Positions 28,815 to 39,991 of a stretch of 40,024 nucleotides of DNA are shown piece after piece (within the stretch, counting starts at the first letter, position 1; the number at the start of each line of letters is the position of its first letter). The notes below the pieces were generated by a model that ran no database searches, was not told the DNA's origin, and worked only from the letters and a program-made list of their open reading frames with translations. The position numbers and the translations under genes are program-made. The DNA lies in the sequence record SRR22947725_182; one strand, given 5' to 3'.

Positions 28815-31321
28815 TGCGCGTTCCCCTGTCGTGGCTCGCCGAATACGTTGATTTACCGGAGGATGTCACCCCCGAAAGTGTTCATGAATCCCTCGTGTCG
28901 ATCGGTCTGGAAGAAGAAGAAATCCACCGGTTCGAACTGGTGGGACCCATCGTGGTCGGCGAAATACTGGAATTCGAGGACGAGCCCCAAACAAACGGCA
29001 AAACCATCCGGTGGTGTCAGGTCAGGGTGTCCCTCACGGACACACCGGAGGCCCCCGCTATCCGCGGAATCGTCTGTGGGGCGAGCAATTTTGTGGTGGG
29101 AGACCAGGTCGTCGTGTCTCTGCCCGGTGCCGTGTTGCCAGGCCCCTTTGCCATTAGCGCTCGCACCACCTATGGCCACGTTTCGGATGGAATGATCGCC
29201 TCAGCGAAAGAGTTGGGGCTCGGTGAAGACCATGACGGCATTCTTCTCCTGGGGCTCCTGGGTGTTCACGCCGAGGTGGGGACGGATGCGCTAGCTCTCC
29301 TAGGCCTCGACGATGTTGCCGTGGAAATGAATGTCACGCCTGATCGTGGGTATGCGCTGTCCATCAGGGGTATTGCCCGGGAATATCATCACGCTACGGG
29401 TGCGGCTTTTCGCGATCCCGCCACAGCGGTGACTCCCATTGCGTGTGAGGGTTTCCCCATAACTCTCCAGGACGATGCCCCCATCCGGGGCGTTGAAGGG
29501 TGCCGGGTATTCGTTACCCGAGTGGTTCGAGGAATCACGGTCAACAGGCCCACGCCGGCGTTTATGGTGGCCCGGTTGGCGCTTGCCGGCATGCGTTCCA
29601 TCTCCCTTCCCGTGGACGTCACCAACTATGTGATGTTGGAAATGGGTCAGCCCATCCACGCCTACGACCTGGGCACTCTCTCTGGCGGAATAACCGTGAG
29701 GCGGGCGAAGCACGGGGAAAAACTCGTCACCCTCGATTCTCAAGAGCGGTCCCTCGATCCTGAAGATCTCTTGATTACCGATGAGTCCGGACCCATTGGG
29801 CTCGCCGGGGTCATGGGTGGTTTCAGCACCGAAATTTCAGACTCAACGACTGAGGTGCTGATCGAAGCTGCCTGGTTTGAACCGATTTCCATCGCGCGAA
29901 CGCAGCGCCGCCACAAATTGCCCAGTGAAGCGTCGAAACGCTTCGCAAGAGGAGTTGACCCTCTGGTTGCAGAAGCAGCAGCGGAGCGAGTGGTCGCGTT
30001 GCTGGAAGAGTATGCCGGGGGAGCCAGGGATACTCTGGGTTCCCGGGTTATCGCAGAGGGTGCCGGGCACATGGCTACGCTCGTGTTCCCCGTGGATGCG
30101 GTCGAAAACATCGTGGGAATCACCGTTTCCGAATCGGAAACGCGCAGGATTTTGGAAGATATTGGCGCGAGCGTGGTCGGTTCGGGTGCCACCCTCGAAG
30201 TGACTCCTCCTTCCTGGCGCCCCGACATCGTGGACGTTCCAGGTCTTGTCGAAGAGATCGCTCGCATTGTCGGGTATGACACAATTCCTTCCTCGCTGCC
30301 TATTGCTCCGGCAGGTCGCGGATTAACGAAAACTCAAGCCACTCGCCGCCGAATTACTCACGGCCTGGCAGCGTGGGGAATGACGGAAGTGTTGTCGTAT
30401 CCCTTCCTCAGCGCAGGAGAGAATGCGCTTTTTGTGGAAGGCGCTGCCACCGACGTAGAGCTTCACAATGCGATGGACGCTCAGATCAACAGGATGCGGT
30501 TGTCGCTTCTTCCGGGCCTCCTCAACACCGCCAAACGAAACCTTTCGCGCGGAATGACGTCGCTCGCCCTCTTTGAAGCAGGATTAGTTTTCACGCCTGC
30601 TGATCGCAGAATGGGAACCGAGGGAATCCCGGCAGGCGACGCGCGTCCAGACCTGAGGGTGTTGGACGAGCTTTATCGCTCCGTTCCTGATCAACCCTGG
30701 AGCATTGCCGGAGTGTTCATCGGCAATAGGGCACACCGGGTGCCCTTTTCCCAGGCGGTGAGCAGTGACGTTCGAGATGCTCTGGATGCGGCACATCACA
30801 TTGCCTTCGCAGCAGGTGGCGAACTCAGCGTCCTTCAGGCCGCACATCCCTCTTTCCATCCCACCCGATTTGCGCACCTCATGGTCGGTGATACCTCAGT
30901 CGGTTACGTGGGGGAAATGTTGCCTTCGCTCGCTCTTGAGCATGACTTGCCGCGTCGCGTTTCGATGTTCCATCTCAACGGTGATGCTCTGATCACTGCG
31001 CTGGGTCAGGATCCTCACGAAGCTAGCCCGCTCTCCATTTTCCCCGCAGCCACCCAAGATGTGTCGCTGGTGGTCGATATTTCCATCCCCGCGGAAAGCA
31101 TTCGAGCCGCTCTTGTCGAGGGCGCAGGCGATCTGTTAGAGACAATTTCGCTTGTTGATGATTACCGCGGTGCTGGCCTGGAAGATTCCGAGCGCTCGCT
31201 CACCTTTGCGCTTCGATTCCGCGCCAGCGACCGCACTCTGACCGCCGGTGAAGCCACGGAGGCAAAAGACGCCGGGGTGGCGCTTGCGGCGAAGCGTCAC
31301 GGCGCTGTCTTGCGCGGATAG
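28814..31321 (+). CDS. pheT: Phenylalanine-tRNA ligase beta subunit
   Basis: [32 protein letters not shown]-terminal FRA.DRTL anticodon-binding domain. Confidence 0.96.
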   Translation: MRVPLSWLAEYVDLPEDVTPESVHESLVSIGLEEEEIHRFELVGPIVVGEILEFEDEPQTNGKTIRWCQVRVSLTDTPEAPAIRGIVCGASNFVVGDQVVVSLPGAVLPGPFAISARTTYGHVSDGMIASAKELGLGEDHDGILLLGLLGVHAEVGTDALALLGLDDVAVEMNVTPDRGYALSIRGIAREYHHATGAAFRDPATAVTPIACEGFPITLQDDAPIRGVEGCRVFVTRVVRGITVNRPTPAFMVARLALAGMRSISLPVDVTNYVMLEMGQPIHAYDLGTLSGGITVRRAKHGEKLVTLDSQERSLDPEDLLITDESGPIGLAGVMGGFSTEISDSTTEVLIEAAWFEPISIARTQRRHKLPSEASKRFARGVDPLVAEAAAERVVALLEEYAGGARDTLGSRVIAEGAGHMATLVFPVDAVENIVGITVSESETRRILEDIGASVVGSGATLEVTPPSWRPDIVDVPGLVEEIARIVGYDTIPSSLPIAPAGRGLTKTQATRRRITHGLAAWGMTEVLSYPFLSAGENALFVEGAATDVELHNAMDAQINRMRLSLLPGLLNTAKRNLSRGMTSLALFEAGLVFTPADRRMGTEGIPAGDARPDLRVLDELYRSVPDQPWSIAGVFIGNRAHRVPFSQAVSSDVRDALDAAHHIAFAAGGELSVLQAAHPSFHPTRFAHLMVGDTSVGYVGEMLPSLALEHDLPRRVSMFHLNGDALITALGQDPHEASPLSIFPAATQDVSLVVDISIPAESIRAALVEGAGDLLETISLVDDYRGAGLEDSERSLTFALRFRASDRTLTAGEATEAKDAGVALAAKRHGAVLRG

Positions 31322-31360
31322 CTCGCCAACTACCTTCAATAACTGCTCTAAGGTTGGGCT

Positions 31361-32416
31361 ATGTCTTTTTCCGTGGCAATCGCCGGCGCAAGCGGGTATG
31401 CAGGTGGCGAGCTTGCCAGGCTTTTAGCCGCCCACCCCGACTTTGATGTGGTCACTCTTGCAGCCCACTCGTCGGCCGGGGAGAAAGTCAATAGTATTCA
31501 TCCACACCTGGCGAGCTTCGCGGGCCAGGTGTTTACTGAAACCTCGATGGACGCTCTCGCCGCCCACGATGTCATCGCTTTGGCGCTTCCTCACGGGGAA
31601 TCAGGAGCGCTGGGAGAGGCCCTGCGTTCTCGCGGCGGCTACACCGTCTTGCTTGATTTGGGAGCTGATCGTCGCCTGCAAGACCCGCGCGACTGGGACG
31701 CCTACTACGGTGGAGATTTTTCGCAACCCTTTGTCTACGGTATGCCCGAATTGCCGCGCGTTGAAGGCCTTACCCAACGCGAGCGGCTTCAAGCAGCCAC
31801 CGACATTGCCATCCCAGGGTGCAACGCCACAGGGGTCACCCTTGCTCTCGCGCCTCTGCTTGCTGCCGGGGCAGTGGAAGCGGATGACCTCTCAGCGGTG
31901 CTGGCGGTTGGCGCATCGGGAGCTGGCAGGGCTTTGCGCTCGGACCTACTTGCAGCAGAGCTCACCGGGAGCGCCAGGCCGTATGCCGTGGGGGGAACAC
32001 ACCGCCACCTTCCGGAAATCCGCCAAAATTTGCTGCACGCTTCAGGTCACCACGCCACCGTGTCGATGACGCCGGTCCTGGTGCCGATGGCCCGGGGGAT
32101 CCTCGCCACCTGCAGCGCGCGGGTGAAGGGCCCGAAGGATGCCGAACGCCTTCACCAGATTGTGGCGGACGCGTATGCCACCGAGGCGTATGTCCGGGTC
32201 TACGACAGGGGTTCGATGCCAGCAACGGCAGATGTCTTGGGTTCCAACACCCTCGCACTCGGTGTGGCCTATGACGCTTCGGTGAACCGGGTGATCGTGG
32301 TTGCCGCCCTAGATAACTTAGTGAAGGGCACCGCGGGCGCCGCGGTGCAGAGCCTTAATCTTGCGTGCGGCTTCGAAGAAACACGGGGCCTGATGATCGA
32401 TGGACTTGCCCCGTGA
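31361..32416 (+). CDS. argC: N-acetyl-gamma-glutamyl-phosphate reductase
   Basis: GASGYAGGE, ALPHG, PGC, DNLVKGTAG. Confidence 0.95.
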   Translation: MSFSVAIAGASGYAGGELARLLAAHPDFDVVTLAAHSSAGEKVNSIHPHLASFAGQVFTETSMDALAAHDVIALALPHGESGALGEALRSRGGYTVLLDLGADRRLQDPRDWDAYYGGDFSQPFVYGMPELPRVEGLTQRERLQAATDIAIPGCNATGVTLALAPLLAAGAVEADDLSAVLAVGASGAGRALRSDLLAAELTGSARPYAVGGTHRHLPEIRQNLLHASGHHATVSMTPVLVPMARGILATCSARVKGPKDAERLHQIVADAYATEAYVRVYDRGSMPATADVLGSNTLALGVAYDASVNRVIVVAALDNLVKGTAGAAVQSLNLACGFEETRGLMIDGLAP

Positions 32417-33585
32417 GTGTCACAGCAGCAGCTGGCTTTCGGGCAGGAAGTGTTGCTGCCGGGTTGGCGGCCCGTGGGGGTGTTGACCTCACCGTCGTGA
32501 TTAACGACGGCGTCGTGACTCCTGCGGCCTGTGTATTCACTTCCAACCGGGCCAAAGCCCACCCCATCGTCTGGTCCCAGCAGGTGATGGTGGGCGGAAG
32601 CGCAAAAGCGATTGTCCTGAATGCTGGGGGCGCCAATTGTTTTACCGGGCCTGAAGGCTTTGCGCTCACCCACCGCAGCGCGGAGACTCTTGCTGCGGCA
32701 CTGGGCGACACCGGAGCGAGTGAAATCTTGGTGTGCTCGACAGGTTTGATTGGGGAATTGTTGCCGGCGGGGGCGGTTCTTGAGGGAATCACCCAGGCAG
32801 TAGGCCGTGCGGAGGCAACGCCGGAAGCCGGCGCATCTTCCTCTCTCGCGATTTTGACAACAGATTCTCATGCAAAAACGGCGGTGACCACACTGGACAC
32901 GCCTGAGGGAACAATCACCCTCGGTGGCATGGCTAAAGGGGCGGGAATGTTGGCGCCGGGCCTCGCCACAATGTTGGTGGTTATCACCACGGATGCGGTG
33001 ATGGAGCATGAGGGGTTGAACAGCGCTCTGCGCGCTGCCACCCGGGTCAGCTTTGACCGCCTGGACTCCGACGGGTGTATGTCAACCAACGACCAGGTCA
33101 CGCTGATGGCTTCGGGCGCAAGTGGAATCGCACCCGATGCGGTGGAGTTTCAGAGGGTGCTCACCCAGCTGTGTCTCGCCCTTTCTCACCAGCTCTTGGG
33201 AGATGCGGAGGGATCCAGCCACGACATCGCCATCCGCGTCGAGGGAGCTGAATCTGAAGACGATGCTGTCGCTGTGGGTCGAGCCGTCGCGAGAAATAAC
33301 CTGTTCAAAGCGGCCATGTTTGGCGGAGACCCCAACTGGGGGCGCGTCTTGGCAGCCATTGGCACTGTGGACGCGAGCTTTGACGTGTATGGAGTCGATG
33401 TCAGCATGAATGGTGTTCGGGTCTGTCACGCGGGGGCCCCCGATCGTCCGCGGGGCGAGGTTGATCTAAGCCACCGGGCGTTGGAGGTACTCATTGAGCT
33501 CCACGCAGGGGAGAAGGACGCCACGATTTGGACGAATGACCTCACTCACGATTACGTCCACGAGAACAGCGCATATTCCAGCTGA
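32413..33585 (+). CDS. argJ: Ornithine acetyltransferase / glutamate N-acetyltransferase
   Basis: STG.IG, TTD, KGAGMLAPGLATML, DGCMSTND, DPNWGR; GTG overlaps argC TGA. Confidence 0.95.
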   Translation: MSVTAAAGFRAGSVAAGLAARGGVDLTVVINDGVVTPAACVFTSNRAKAHPIVWSQQVMVGGSAKAIVLNAGGANCFTGPEGFALTHRSAETLAAALGDTGASEILVCSTGLIGELLPAGAVLEGITQAVGRAEATPEAGASSSLAILTTDSHAKTAVTTLDTPEGTITLGGMAKGAGMLAPGLATMLVVITTDAVMEHEGLNSALRAATRVSFDRLDSDGCMSTNDQVTLMASGASGIAPDAVEFQRVLTQLCLALSHQLLGDAEGSSHDIAIRVEGAESEDDAVAVGRAVARNNLFKAAMFGGDPNWGRVLAAIGTVDASFDVYGVDVSMNGVRVCHAGAPDRPRGEVDLSHRALEVLIELHAGEKDATIWTNDLTHDYVHENSAYSS

Positions 33586-34478
33586 TGAGTACGACACAAA
33601 CGACGAATCCCGAAGCGTTCCTCAAAGCAGCCACGCTGACCGAGGCGTTGCCATGGATCCGAAGATTTCAGGGTGCAATTTTTGTGGTGAAGCTCGGCGG
33701 CAACGCGATGGTCGATGACGCCCTGCTGCAGGCTTTTGCCGATGACATGGTTTTTCTTCACACCGTGGGTGTTCGACCGGTGGTTGTCCACGGTGGGGGG
33801 CCTCAAATTTCTCAAGCCTTGAAAGACCGGGGTATTCCCAGCGAGTTTGTTGGTGGATACCGCGTGACCAGCACGGAGGCAATTCCGGTGGTGCGAGATG
33901 TTTTGCGCCACCACATCAGCGCAGATCTTGCCGCAAGGATTAATTCCCACCACGACTTAGCGGTTGTGCTCTCAGGTGAAGACCACCACCTCTTCACAGC
34001 GGTGAAAAAGGGTGCCGTGGTCGAGGGGATCGAAGTGGACTTGGGGCATGTGGGCGAGGTGGTGGCGGTGGACACCGCCAACATTCTTGACTTGATCGAG
34101 CAGGGCAAACTCCCCGTAGTGTCCTCCTTGGCACCCGATCAAGCGGGTCAATCCCTTCTCAATGTGAATGCTGACGCTGCAGCCGCAGCTCTGGCGGTCG
34201 CTCTGGGTGCAACGAAGTTGCTGTTGCTGACGAATGTTCCAGGCCTCTACGCCCATTGGCCGGCCACCGACTCCGTAGTTTCATCGTTGACGACGACCGA
34301 GTTGGAGGCGCTTTTGCCTTCGCTGGAGTCGGGCATGATTCCAAAAATGACTGCGTGTTTGGATGCTGTTGGGGGAGGGGTGCCAAAGGCAGCCATCATT
34401 GATGGCAGACTGGCGCATTCGATCTTGCTGGAAGCTTTCACCAGCCATGGAATAGGAACAGAGGTGGTCGCGCCGTGA
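33585..34478 (+). CDS. argB: Acetylglutamate kinase
   Basis: VKLGGNAM, VHGGGPQI, NVNAD, GMIPK. Confidence 0.95.
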   Translation: MSTTQTTNPEAFLKAATLTEALPWIRRFQGAIFVVKLGGNAMVDDALLQAFADDMVFLHTVGVRPVVVHGGGPQISQALKDRGIPSEFVGGYRVTSTEAIPVVRDVLRHHISADLAARINSHHDLAVVLSGEDHHLFTAVKKGAVVEGIEVDLGHVGEVVAVDTANILDLIEQGKLPVVSSLAPDQAGQSLLNVNADAAAAALAVALGATKLLLLTNVPGLYAHWPATDSVVSSLTTTELEALLPSLESGMIPKMTACLDAVGGGVPKAAIIDGRLAHSILLEAFTSHGIGTEVVAP

Positions 34479-35398
34479 CCCGTCATTTTTTGCGCGATGA
34501 TGACATTTCGCCGGAAGAGCAGAGCGAGATTCTCGCCCTAGCGGCCGAGATGAAGGCGGACCGGTTTTCACGCAGGCCCCTGGAAGGCCCTCAGACGGTC
34601 GCGGTAATTTTTGATAAGTCCTCCACCAGAACGCGGGTGTCCTTTGCGGTGGGGATTGCTGATTTAGGTGGACAGCCTTTGATCATCTCCACCGCCAATT
34701 CACAGCTGGGGGGGAAGGAGACACCCTCAGACACCGCTCGGGTCCTGGAGAGGATGGTGGCGGCCATTGTCTGGCGCACCTACGGTCAGGCGGGGTTAGA
34801 AGAGATGGCGAAGAACACCACGGTTCCCGTCATTAATTCCCTCAGTGATGACTTTCACCCGTGCCAATTGTTGGCAGACTTGCTCACCATCCAAGAACAC
34901 AAAGGCGACCTCACGGGCCTCACGGTGACCTTTGTGGGGGATGGTGGCAGCAATATGGGCCACAGCTACGCCCTGGCGTGCACTACCGCGGGGATGCACG
35001 TGCGTATTGCCTGCCCACCGAGCTTTAGCCCTCAGCCTTCGGTAGTGGGGGATGCCCGCGCGATTGCTGGGCAGTCCGGTGGGTCCATCACCGTCCTCCA
35101 CAGCCTCGATGAGGCCGTGGAGGGAAGCGATGTTGTGGTGACAGACACCTGGGTGTCGATGGGCAAAGAAGCCGAAAAAGCAGAGCGGGTTGCCACTTTC
35201 GGTTCATTCCAGGTGGGCGCAGAGGCGATGGGTAAAGCCCGTGGCGACGCCATATTCCTGCACTGTCTTCCCGCCGATCGAGGTTTCGAGGTCACCCCGG
35301 AAGTTATCGATGGTCCCCAGAGTGTGATCTGGGACGAATCAGAAAACCGCCTGCACGCCCAAAAAGCACTGATGGTGTGGCTTTTGGAGCGCGCCTAG
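34475..35398 (+). CDS. argF: Ornithine carbamoyltransferase
   Basis: KSSTRTR, HPCQ, WVSMG, HCLP. Confidence 0.96.
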   Translation: MTRHFLRDDDISPEEQSEILALAAEMKADRFSRRPLEGPQTVAVIFDKSSTRTRVSFAVGIADLGGQPLIISTANSQLGGKETPSDTARVLERMVAAIVWRTYGQAGLEEMAKNTTVPVINSLSDDFHPCQLLADLLTIQEHKGDLTGLTVTFVGDGGSNMGHSYALACTTAGMHVRIACPPSFSPQPSVVGDARAIAGQSGGSITVLHSLDEAVEGSDVVVTDTWVSMGKEAEKAERVATFGSFQVGAEAMGKARGDAIFLHCLPADRGFEVTPEVIDGPQSVIWDESENRLHAQKALMVWLLERA

Positions 35399-35466
35399 CA
35401 GTATCACCCGCCAGTAGACTGGCCACACCAGGACTTGGTAGCACTCAAGAGAAAGTAGTTCCCTTC

Positions 35467-36663
35467 GTGACCGATCGCGTCGTTTTAGCTTATTCCGGTG
35501 GCTTGGATACCTCAGTAGGTATCGGATGGCTCAAAGACGCCACGGGCAAAGAGGTCATTGCACTTGCGATAGACGTGGGCCAGGGCGGCGAAAATATCGA
35601 CGATATTCGCCAGCGCGCCCTCGATTGCGGTGCGGTGGAAGCCATAGTGGTGGATGCAAAAGACGAGTTCGCAAATGACTTTGTCATGCCCGCCCTCAAA
35701 GCCAATGCTCTCTACCAAAAGCGCTACCCCCTGGTGTCCGCTCTGTCTCGCCCGGTGATTGCCAAGCATCTAGCTCGGGTTGCTCGGGAGTTGGGTGCCG
35801 ACTCTGTTGCCCACGGTTGCACGGGTAAAGGTAACGACCAGGTGCGTTTTGAGTCTGCCGTAGCGGCTCTGGCTCCGGAACTCACCTCCATCGCCCCCAT
35901 TCGTGACCTGGCCCTGACCAGGGACAAAGCCATCCTCTATGCGGAAGAGCATGGCCTGCCCATTAAGCAAAGCAAAAAGAATCCCTACTCCGTTGATAAA
36001 AACGTGTGGGGCCGAACGGTGGAGACGGGGCCATTGGAAGACCCCTGGGCGGCACCGCTTGATGACGTCTGGGAGTACACGAGCAACCCCGACCAGGGTC
36101 GTGCAGCCGAAGACGTCACCATCAGTTTTAGCGAAGGAATTCCTGTCGCCATCAACGGAGGGGCTGTTTCTCCCCTGGAGGCTATCGCCCAGCTCAACAC
36201 CCTTGCCGGTGCCCACGGTGTGGGGCGGGTGGACATCATCGAAGACCGTTTAGTGGGAATCAAGAGCCGTGAGATCTATGAAGTGCCCGCGGCCCTGACC
36301 CTCATCAATGCCCACGAAGAGCTTGAGAACTTGGTCCTCGAGCGCGATCTTGGACGTTACAAGCGCAAGTTGGAGGCGGACTGGGCGAACTTGATTTATG
36401 ACGGTTTGTGGTTCTCGGACCTCAAGTCCAGCTTGGATGCTTTCTTTGACCACACTCAGAAGCACGTGTCTGGTGATGTTCGGGTGAACCTGTTCGCCGG
36501 CCTGGCCACCGTGACCGGTCGCCAGTCTGAGGAGAGCCTTTACGACTTTGACTTAGCGACCTATGACACGGGAGACACTTTTGATCAGTCCCACGCCAAA
36601 GGCTTCATCGAGCTATGGTCGCTGCCGAGCAAAATCTCTGCCAAACGTAACGCTAAGAAATAG
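35467..36663 (+). CDS. argG: Argininosuccinate synthase
   Basis: [31 protein letters not shown]; start GTG 35467. Confidence 0.96.
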   Translation: MTDRVVLAYSGGLDTSVGIGWLKDATGKEVIALAIDVGQGGENIDDIRQRALDCGAVEAIVVDAKDEFANDFVMPALKANALYQKRYPLVSALSRPVIAKHLARVARELGADSVAHGCTGKGNDQVRFESAVAALAPELTSIAPIRDLALTRDKAILYAEEHGLPIKQSKKNPYSVDKNVWGRTVETGPLEDPWAAPLDDVWEYTSNPDQGRAAEDVTISFSEGIPVAINGGAVSPLEAIAQLNTLAGAHGVGRVDIIEDRLVGIKSREIYEVPAALTLINAHEELENLVLERDLGRYKRKLEADWANLIYDGLWFSDLKSSLDAFFDHTQKHVSGDVRVNLFAGLATVTGRQSEESLYDFDLATYDTGDTFDQSHAKGFIELWSLPSKISAKRNAKK

Positions 36664-36671
36664 GGGTTGCG

Positions 36672-38075
36672 ATGGCGGGGGAGACCAACGACGGTGCGCT
36701 CTGGGGAGCACGGTTTCGCCAGGGACCCAGCCCCGCCATGCAGGCACTATCGCAATCCACGCACTTTGACTGGCGCCTTGTCCCCTATGACCTAGCGGCC
36801 ACCCTTGCTCACGCACGAGAGTTAGGGGACAAAGGTTTCTTGAGCGCTGGGGACGTGGAGTTGGTTTCCGCTGCCCTGTTAGAAATAGGGCGGGATTATG
36901 AAGCGGGAACGCTGGTGCCGGCGGAGTCTGACGAAGATGTCCATGGGGCTCTTGAGCGGATACTGATTGACCGGATTGGTGTCGAGGCTGGCGGAGCACT
37001 TCGTGCTGGCCGAAGCCGCAATGATCAAATCGCCACCTTCGTCAAGCTCTACATGCGCGATAGTGCGCAGCACGTGAGAGCCCTCCTGCTCGACACGGCG
37101 GACACGCTTCTTTCCCGCGCTGGGGAGGCGGGGGACGCGGTGATGCCGGGCCGCACCCATTACCAGCTCGCCCAGCCAGTGCTTCTGGCTCACTACCTGT
37201 TGGCTCATGCTTGGCCTCTCGTCAGGGATATCACGAGGCTTGATGATTTCCTCGCCCGAAACGATGTCTCTCCCTATGGCGGGGGCGCTCTCGCTGGCGG
37301 GGGTATGGGGCTTGATGCGGCAGCCATTTCGAAGGCCTTAGGTTTTTCCGCGGTGAGCCAGAACTCTTTGGATGGGACATCGGCGCGGGATGGGGTTGCG
37401 GAGTTCCTCTATGTCTGCGCTCAAATTGGGGTAGATCTGTCAAGGCTTGCTGAGGACATCATCATTTTGTCCTCGGGAGAGTGTGGCTATTTCCTTCTCG
37501 ATGATGCCTACTCCACTGGCTCGTCCATGATGCCGCAGAAGAAAAACCCCGATATTGCCGAGCTAACCCGGGGAAAATCAGGCCGGATGATCGGAAACCT
37601 GACGGGGCTTATGGCCACGCTGAAGGCGTTGCCCCTGGCCTATAACAGGGACCTGCAAGAAGACAAAGAACCGCTCTTTGACTCGGTGGATTCGCTCACG
37701 CTTATTTTGCCGGCCTTCACGGGACTCCTGGCAACGCTGGGCTTCAATCTCGAAGCGATGGCAAAAAACGCTACCACCGGTTTTGCCCTGGCCACCGATA
37801 TTGCCGACGTTCTCGTGCAGAAGGGGATGCCCTTTCGCACCGCGCACGAAGTTGTGGGGAAACTGGTGGCGCTGTGCGAAGAGCGAGGGTTAGATCTTGC
37901 CGAAGTCTCTGATGAAGACTTGGCAGCGATCTCACCCCAACTCACCCCTGATATTCGCCAGGTGATGAGCGTAGAGGCCTCCGTGGCGCGTAAAGCGGGT
38001 ATCGGCGGCACCGCACCGGAGCGGGTCTCCGAGCAAGCCAAGGCGCTCCAAGAGGCCCTGGAAGCACTCCGGTAG
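36672..38075 (+). CDS. argH: Argininosuccinate lyase
   Basis: [34 protein letters not shown]. Confidence 0.96.
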   Translation: MAGETNDGALWGARFRQGPSPAMQALSQSTHFDWRLVPYDLAATLAHARELGDKGFLSAGDVELVSAALLEIGRDYEAGTLVPAESDEDVHGALERILIDRIGVEAGGALRAGRSRNDQIATFVKLYMRDSAQHVRALLLDTADTLLSRAGEAGDAVMPGRTHYQLAQPVLLAHYLLAHAWPLVRDITRLDDFLARNDVSPYGGGALAGGGMGLDAAAISKALGFSAVSQNSLDGTSARDGVAEFLYVCAQIGVDLSRLAEDIIILSSGECGYFLLDDAYSTGSSMMPQKKNPDIAELTRGKSGRMIGNLTGLMATLKALPLAYNRDLQEDKEPLFDSVDSLTLILPAFTGLLATLGFNLEAMAKNATTGFALATDIADVLVQKGMPFRTAHEVVGKLVALCEERGLDLAEVSDEDLAAISPQLTPDIRQVMSVEASVARKAGIGGTAPERVSEQAKALQEALEALR

Positions 38076-38164
38076 CACCGGCTTTCTTGCCTGTGGCTCC
38101 TTCACGCGCCGGTGTTTGCGTCGCCGGAGCACCGACGGGGGAAGTCCACTGATAAGTTGAACCC

Positions 38165-39469
38165 GTGCAAGACAGTGAGATCCGGGGAAAACAGTCCAAT
38201 GACTCAACTTTCGCCACCCTCCATGAAGAGCTGGTGTGGCGGGGTTTGATTCATGTTTCCACCGATGAGTCGGCCCTTCGGGAGGCGCTCGAGGGAGACT
38301 CGATCGTGTTTTACTGCGGGTTTGACCCGACAGCGCCAAGCTTGCACCTGGGCAATCTGGTGCAGTTGCTTCTCATGCGCAGGCTTCAGTTGGCAGGGCA
38401 CCGCCCTCTCGCCCTGGTAGGCGGCTCGACGGGTCTCATAGGGGATCCCAAACCAACCGCGGAGCGAGTGCTGAATGAACCAGAGGTCATCGCTGAGTGG
38501 GTGGACAGGCTCGGTGAACAGATTTCCCGATACCTGTCTTTTGAGCACTCCAGCGCCGCGACACTTGTTAACAACCTGGATTGGACCAAAGACCTCTCGG
38601 CGATTGACTTTCTCCGCGATGTGGGCAAGTACTACCGCGTGGGAACCATGATCAAGAAAGACGCCGTCTCTGCTCGGCTGAATTCTGATGCTGGTATTTC
38701 CTACACCGAGTTTTCGTATCAAATTCTCCAGGGCATGGACTTTCTGCGCCTGTATGAACACTACGGCTGCGTCTTACAAACCGGCGGCTCGGACCAGTGG
38801 GGAAACCTCACCAGCGGGACCGATTTGATCCACAAGGCCCTTGGCGTTTCGGTCCATGCTGTGGGCACCCCATTGATTACCAATAGCGATGGCACCAAAT
38901 TTGGGAAATCCGAGGGCAACGCCCTTTGGTTGGATGGGGACATCACAAGCCCCTTTGCGATGTATCAGTTTTGGCTCAACACCGATGATCGTGATGTCAT
39001 CGAACGCCTCAAAGTCTTCACTTTTCTCACCCGTGAGAGCATCGAGGAACTGGATCAACGCCACAGCGCAGCCCCCCACGAGCGCCTGGCGCAGAAAACA
39101 TTGGCCCACGACGTAACGGCACTGGTGCATGGGGCGGAGGCGTGCAGCGCTGTCGTAGCGGCCTCGGAGGCACTCTTTGGCAAGGGAGACCTTGCCGCAA
39201 TAGATCCGCACACCTTTGAGAGCGCGCTCGACTCTCTCCCTCGGGCCACGGTGACACCGTCAACATCTGTCGCAGAAGCACTGGTCGAAACAGGACTGTG
39301 CTCGAGCGTTTCAGAGGCGAGAAGGGCTATCGCCCAGGGCGGAGTTAGTATCAACAACAACACTGTTGCGGACGAAACTGCGGAGCTGGGGGAGCGCCAA
39401 GCCCCCAGCGATGTAGCCCTGTTGTTGAAGCGGGGGAAGAAAACTCTCGCGGCCCTGTTCTTTGTCTAA
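38165..39469 (+). CDS. tyrS: Tyrosine-tRNA ligase
   Basis: GFDPTAPSLHLGN, GGSDQWGN, KFGKS, C-terminal S4 domain. Confidence 0.96.
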   Translation: MQDSEIRGKQSNDSTFATLHEELVWRGLIHVSTDESALREALEGDSIVFYCGFDPTAPSLHLGNLVQLLLMRRLQLAGHRPLALVGGSTGLIGDPKPTAERVLNEPEVIAEWVDRLGEQISRYLSFEHSSAATLVNNLDWTKDLSAIDFLRDVGKYYRVGTMIKKDAVSARLNSDAGISYTEFSYQILQGMDFLRLYEHYGCVLQTGGSDQWGNLTSGTDLIHKALGVSVHAVGTPLITNSDGTKFGKSEGNALWLDGDITSPFAMYQFWLNTDDRDVIERLKVFTFLTRESIEELDQRHSAAPHERLAQKTLAHDVTALVHGAEACSAVVAASEALFGKGDLAAIDPHTFESALDSLPRATVTPSTSVAEALVETGLCSSVSEARRAIAQGGVSINNNTVADETAELGERQAPSDVALLLKRGKKTLAALFFV

Positions 39470-39510
39470 ACCCGACGTTTCCTCCGCGACACGCCCGGGA
39501 TGAAAGGCAT

Positions 39511-39539
39511 TTGGCTGCCCGCGATATCGCCCGTATAGT
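39511..39539 (+). promoter_or_regulatory. Putative rRNA operon promoter P1
   Basis: TTGGCT-N17-TATAGT. Confidence 0.7.
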
Positions 39540-39625
39540 TATCCAGTTGTCACCCCAAAGGTTGGCAGGGCCAGCGTGCTCTCCCAGTCTCAAGAAGTAC
39601 TTCAACTAGTGAGACAACTTCGCAC

Positions 39626-39654
39626 TTGCTGTGCGGGGAAACTCCTACTAGAGT
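39626..39654 (+). promoter_or_regulatory. Putative rRNA operon promoter P2
   Basis: TTGCTG-N17-TAGAGT. Confidence 0.55.
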
Positions 39655-39800
39655 GATGACTCCAGCGTTTCACAGCGTCGGGCCAAAACTCTCTTCCAAG
39701 AGCGGGTTGGTTTCGACACCGAAAGCTGCGCTAGGTGCAACAAACTGGATAGACGCCAGACGTCCACTCGGAAACGAGATGCGAAGTCAGCGGCGCCCGA

Positions 39801-39817
39801 TCCTTGAGAACTCAACA
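39801..39817 (+). promoter_or_regulatory. rRNA leader boxA-like antitermination / processing-stem element
   Basis: TCCTTGAGAACTCAACA, as in actinobacterial rrn leaders. Confidence 0.75.
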
Positions 39818-39991
39818 GTGTGCACTAAGTCAATGCCAAATAACCTCCGTGGTGGAAGCAATTCCGCCACAGAGATTCCTTTGGATTAGATGGACAAGTC
39901 AGTAGACAAGTCAACTAGTCAGAACAAACTCGCTTGAGTGCTTCGGCACTCGGCAGCAAGTCTGTCGGTAGCAATACCGACTAACAAGCTA

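Noticed and set aside
38076-38164. T-box or attenuator upstream of tyrS
   Set aside because: Only 89 nt, no T-box consensus; a hairpin after argH and a leaderless-type promoter explain it
39626-39991. 87-aa ORF and tetraloop hairpins before the 16S gene
   Set aside because: Ordinary rRNA leader (promoter, boxA, processing stems)
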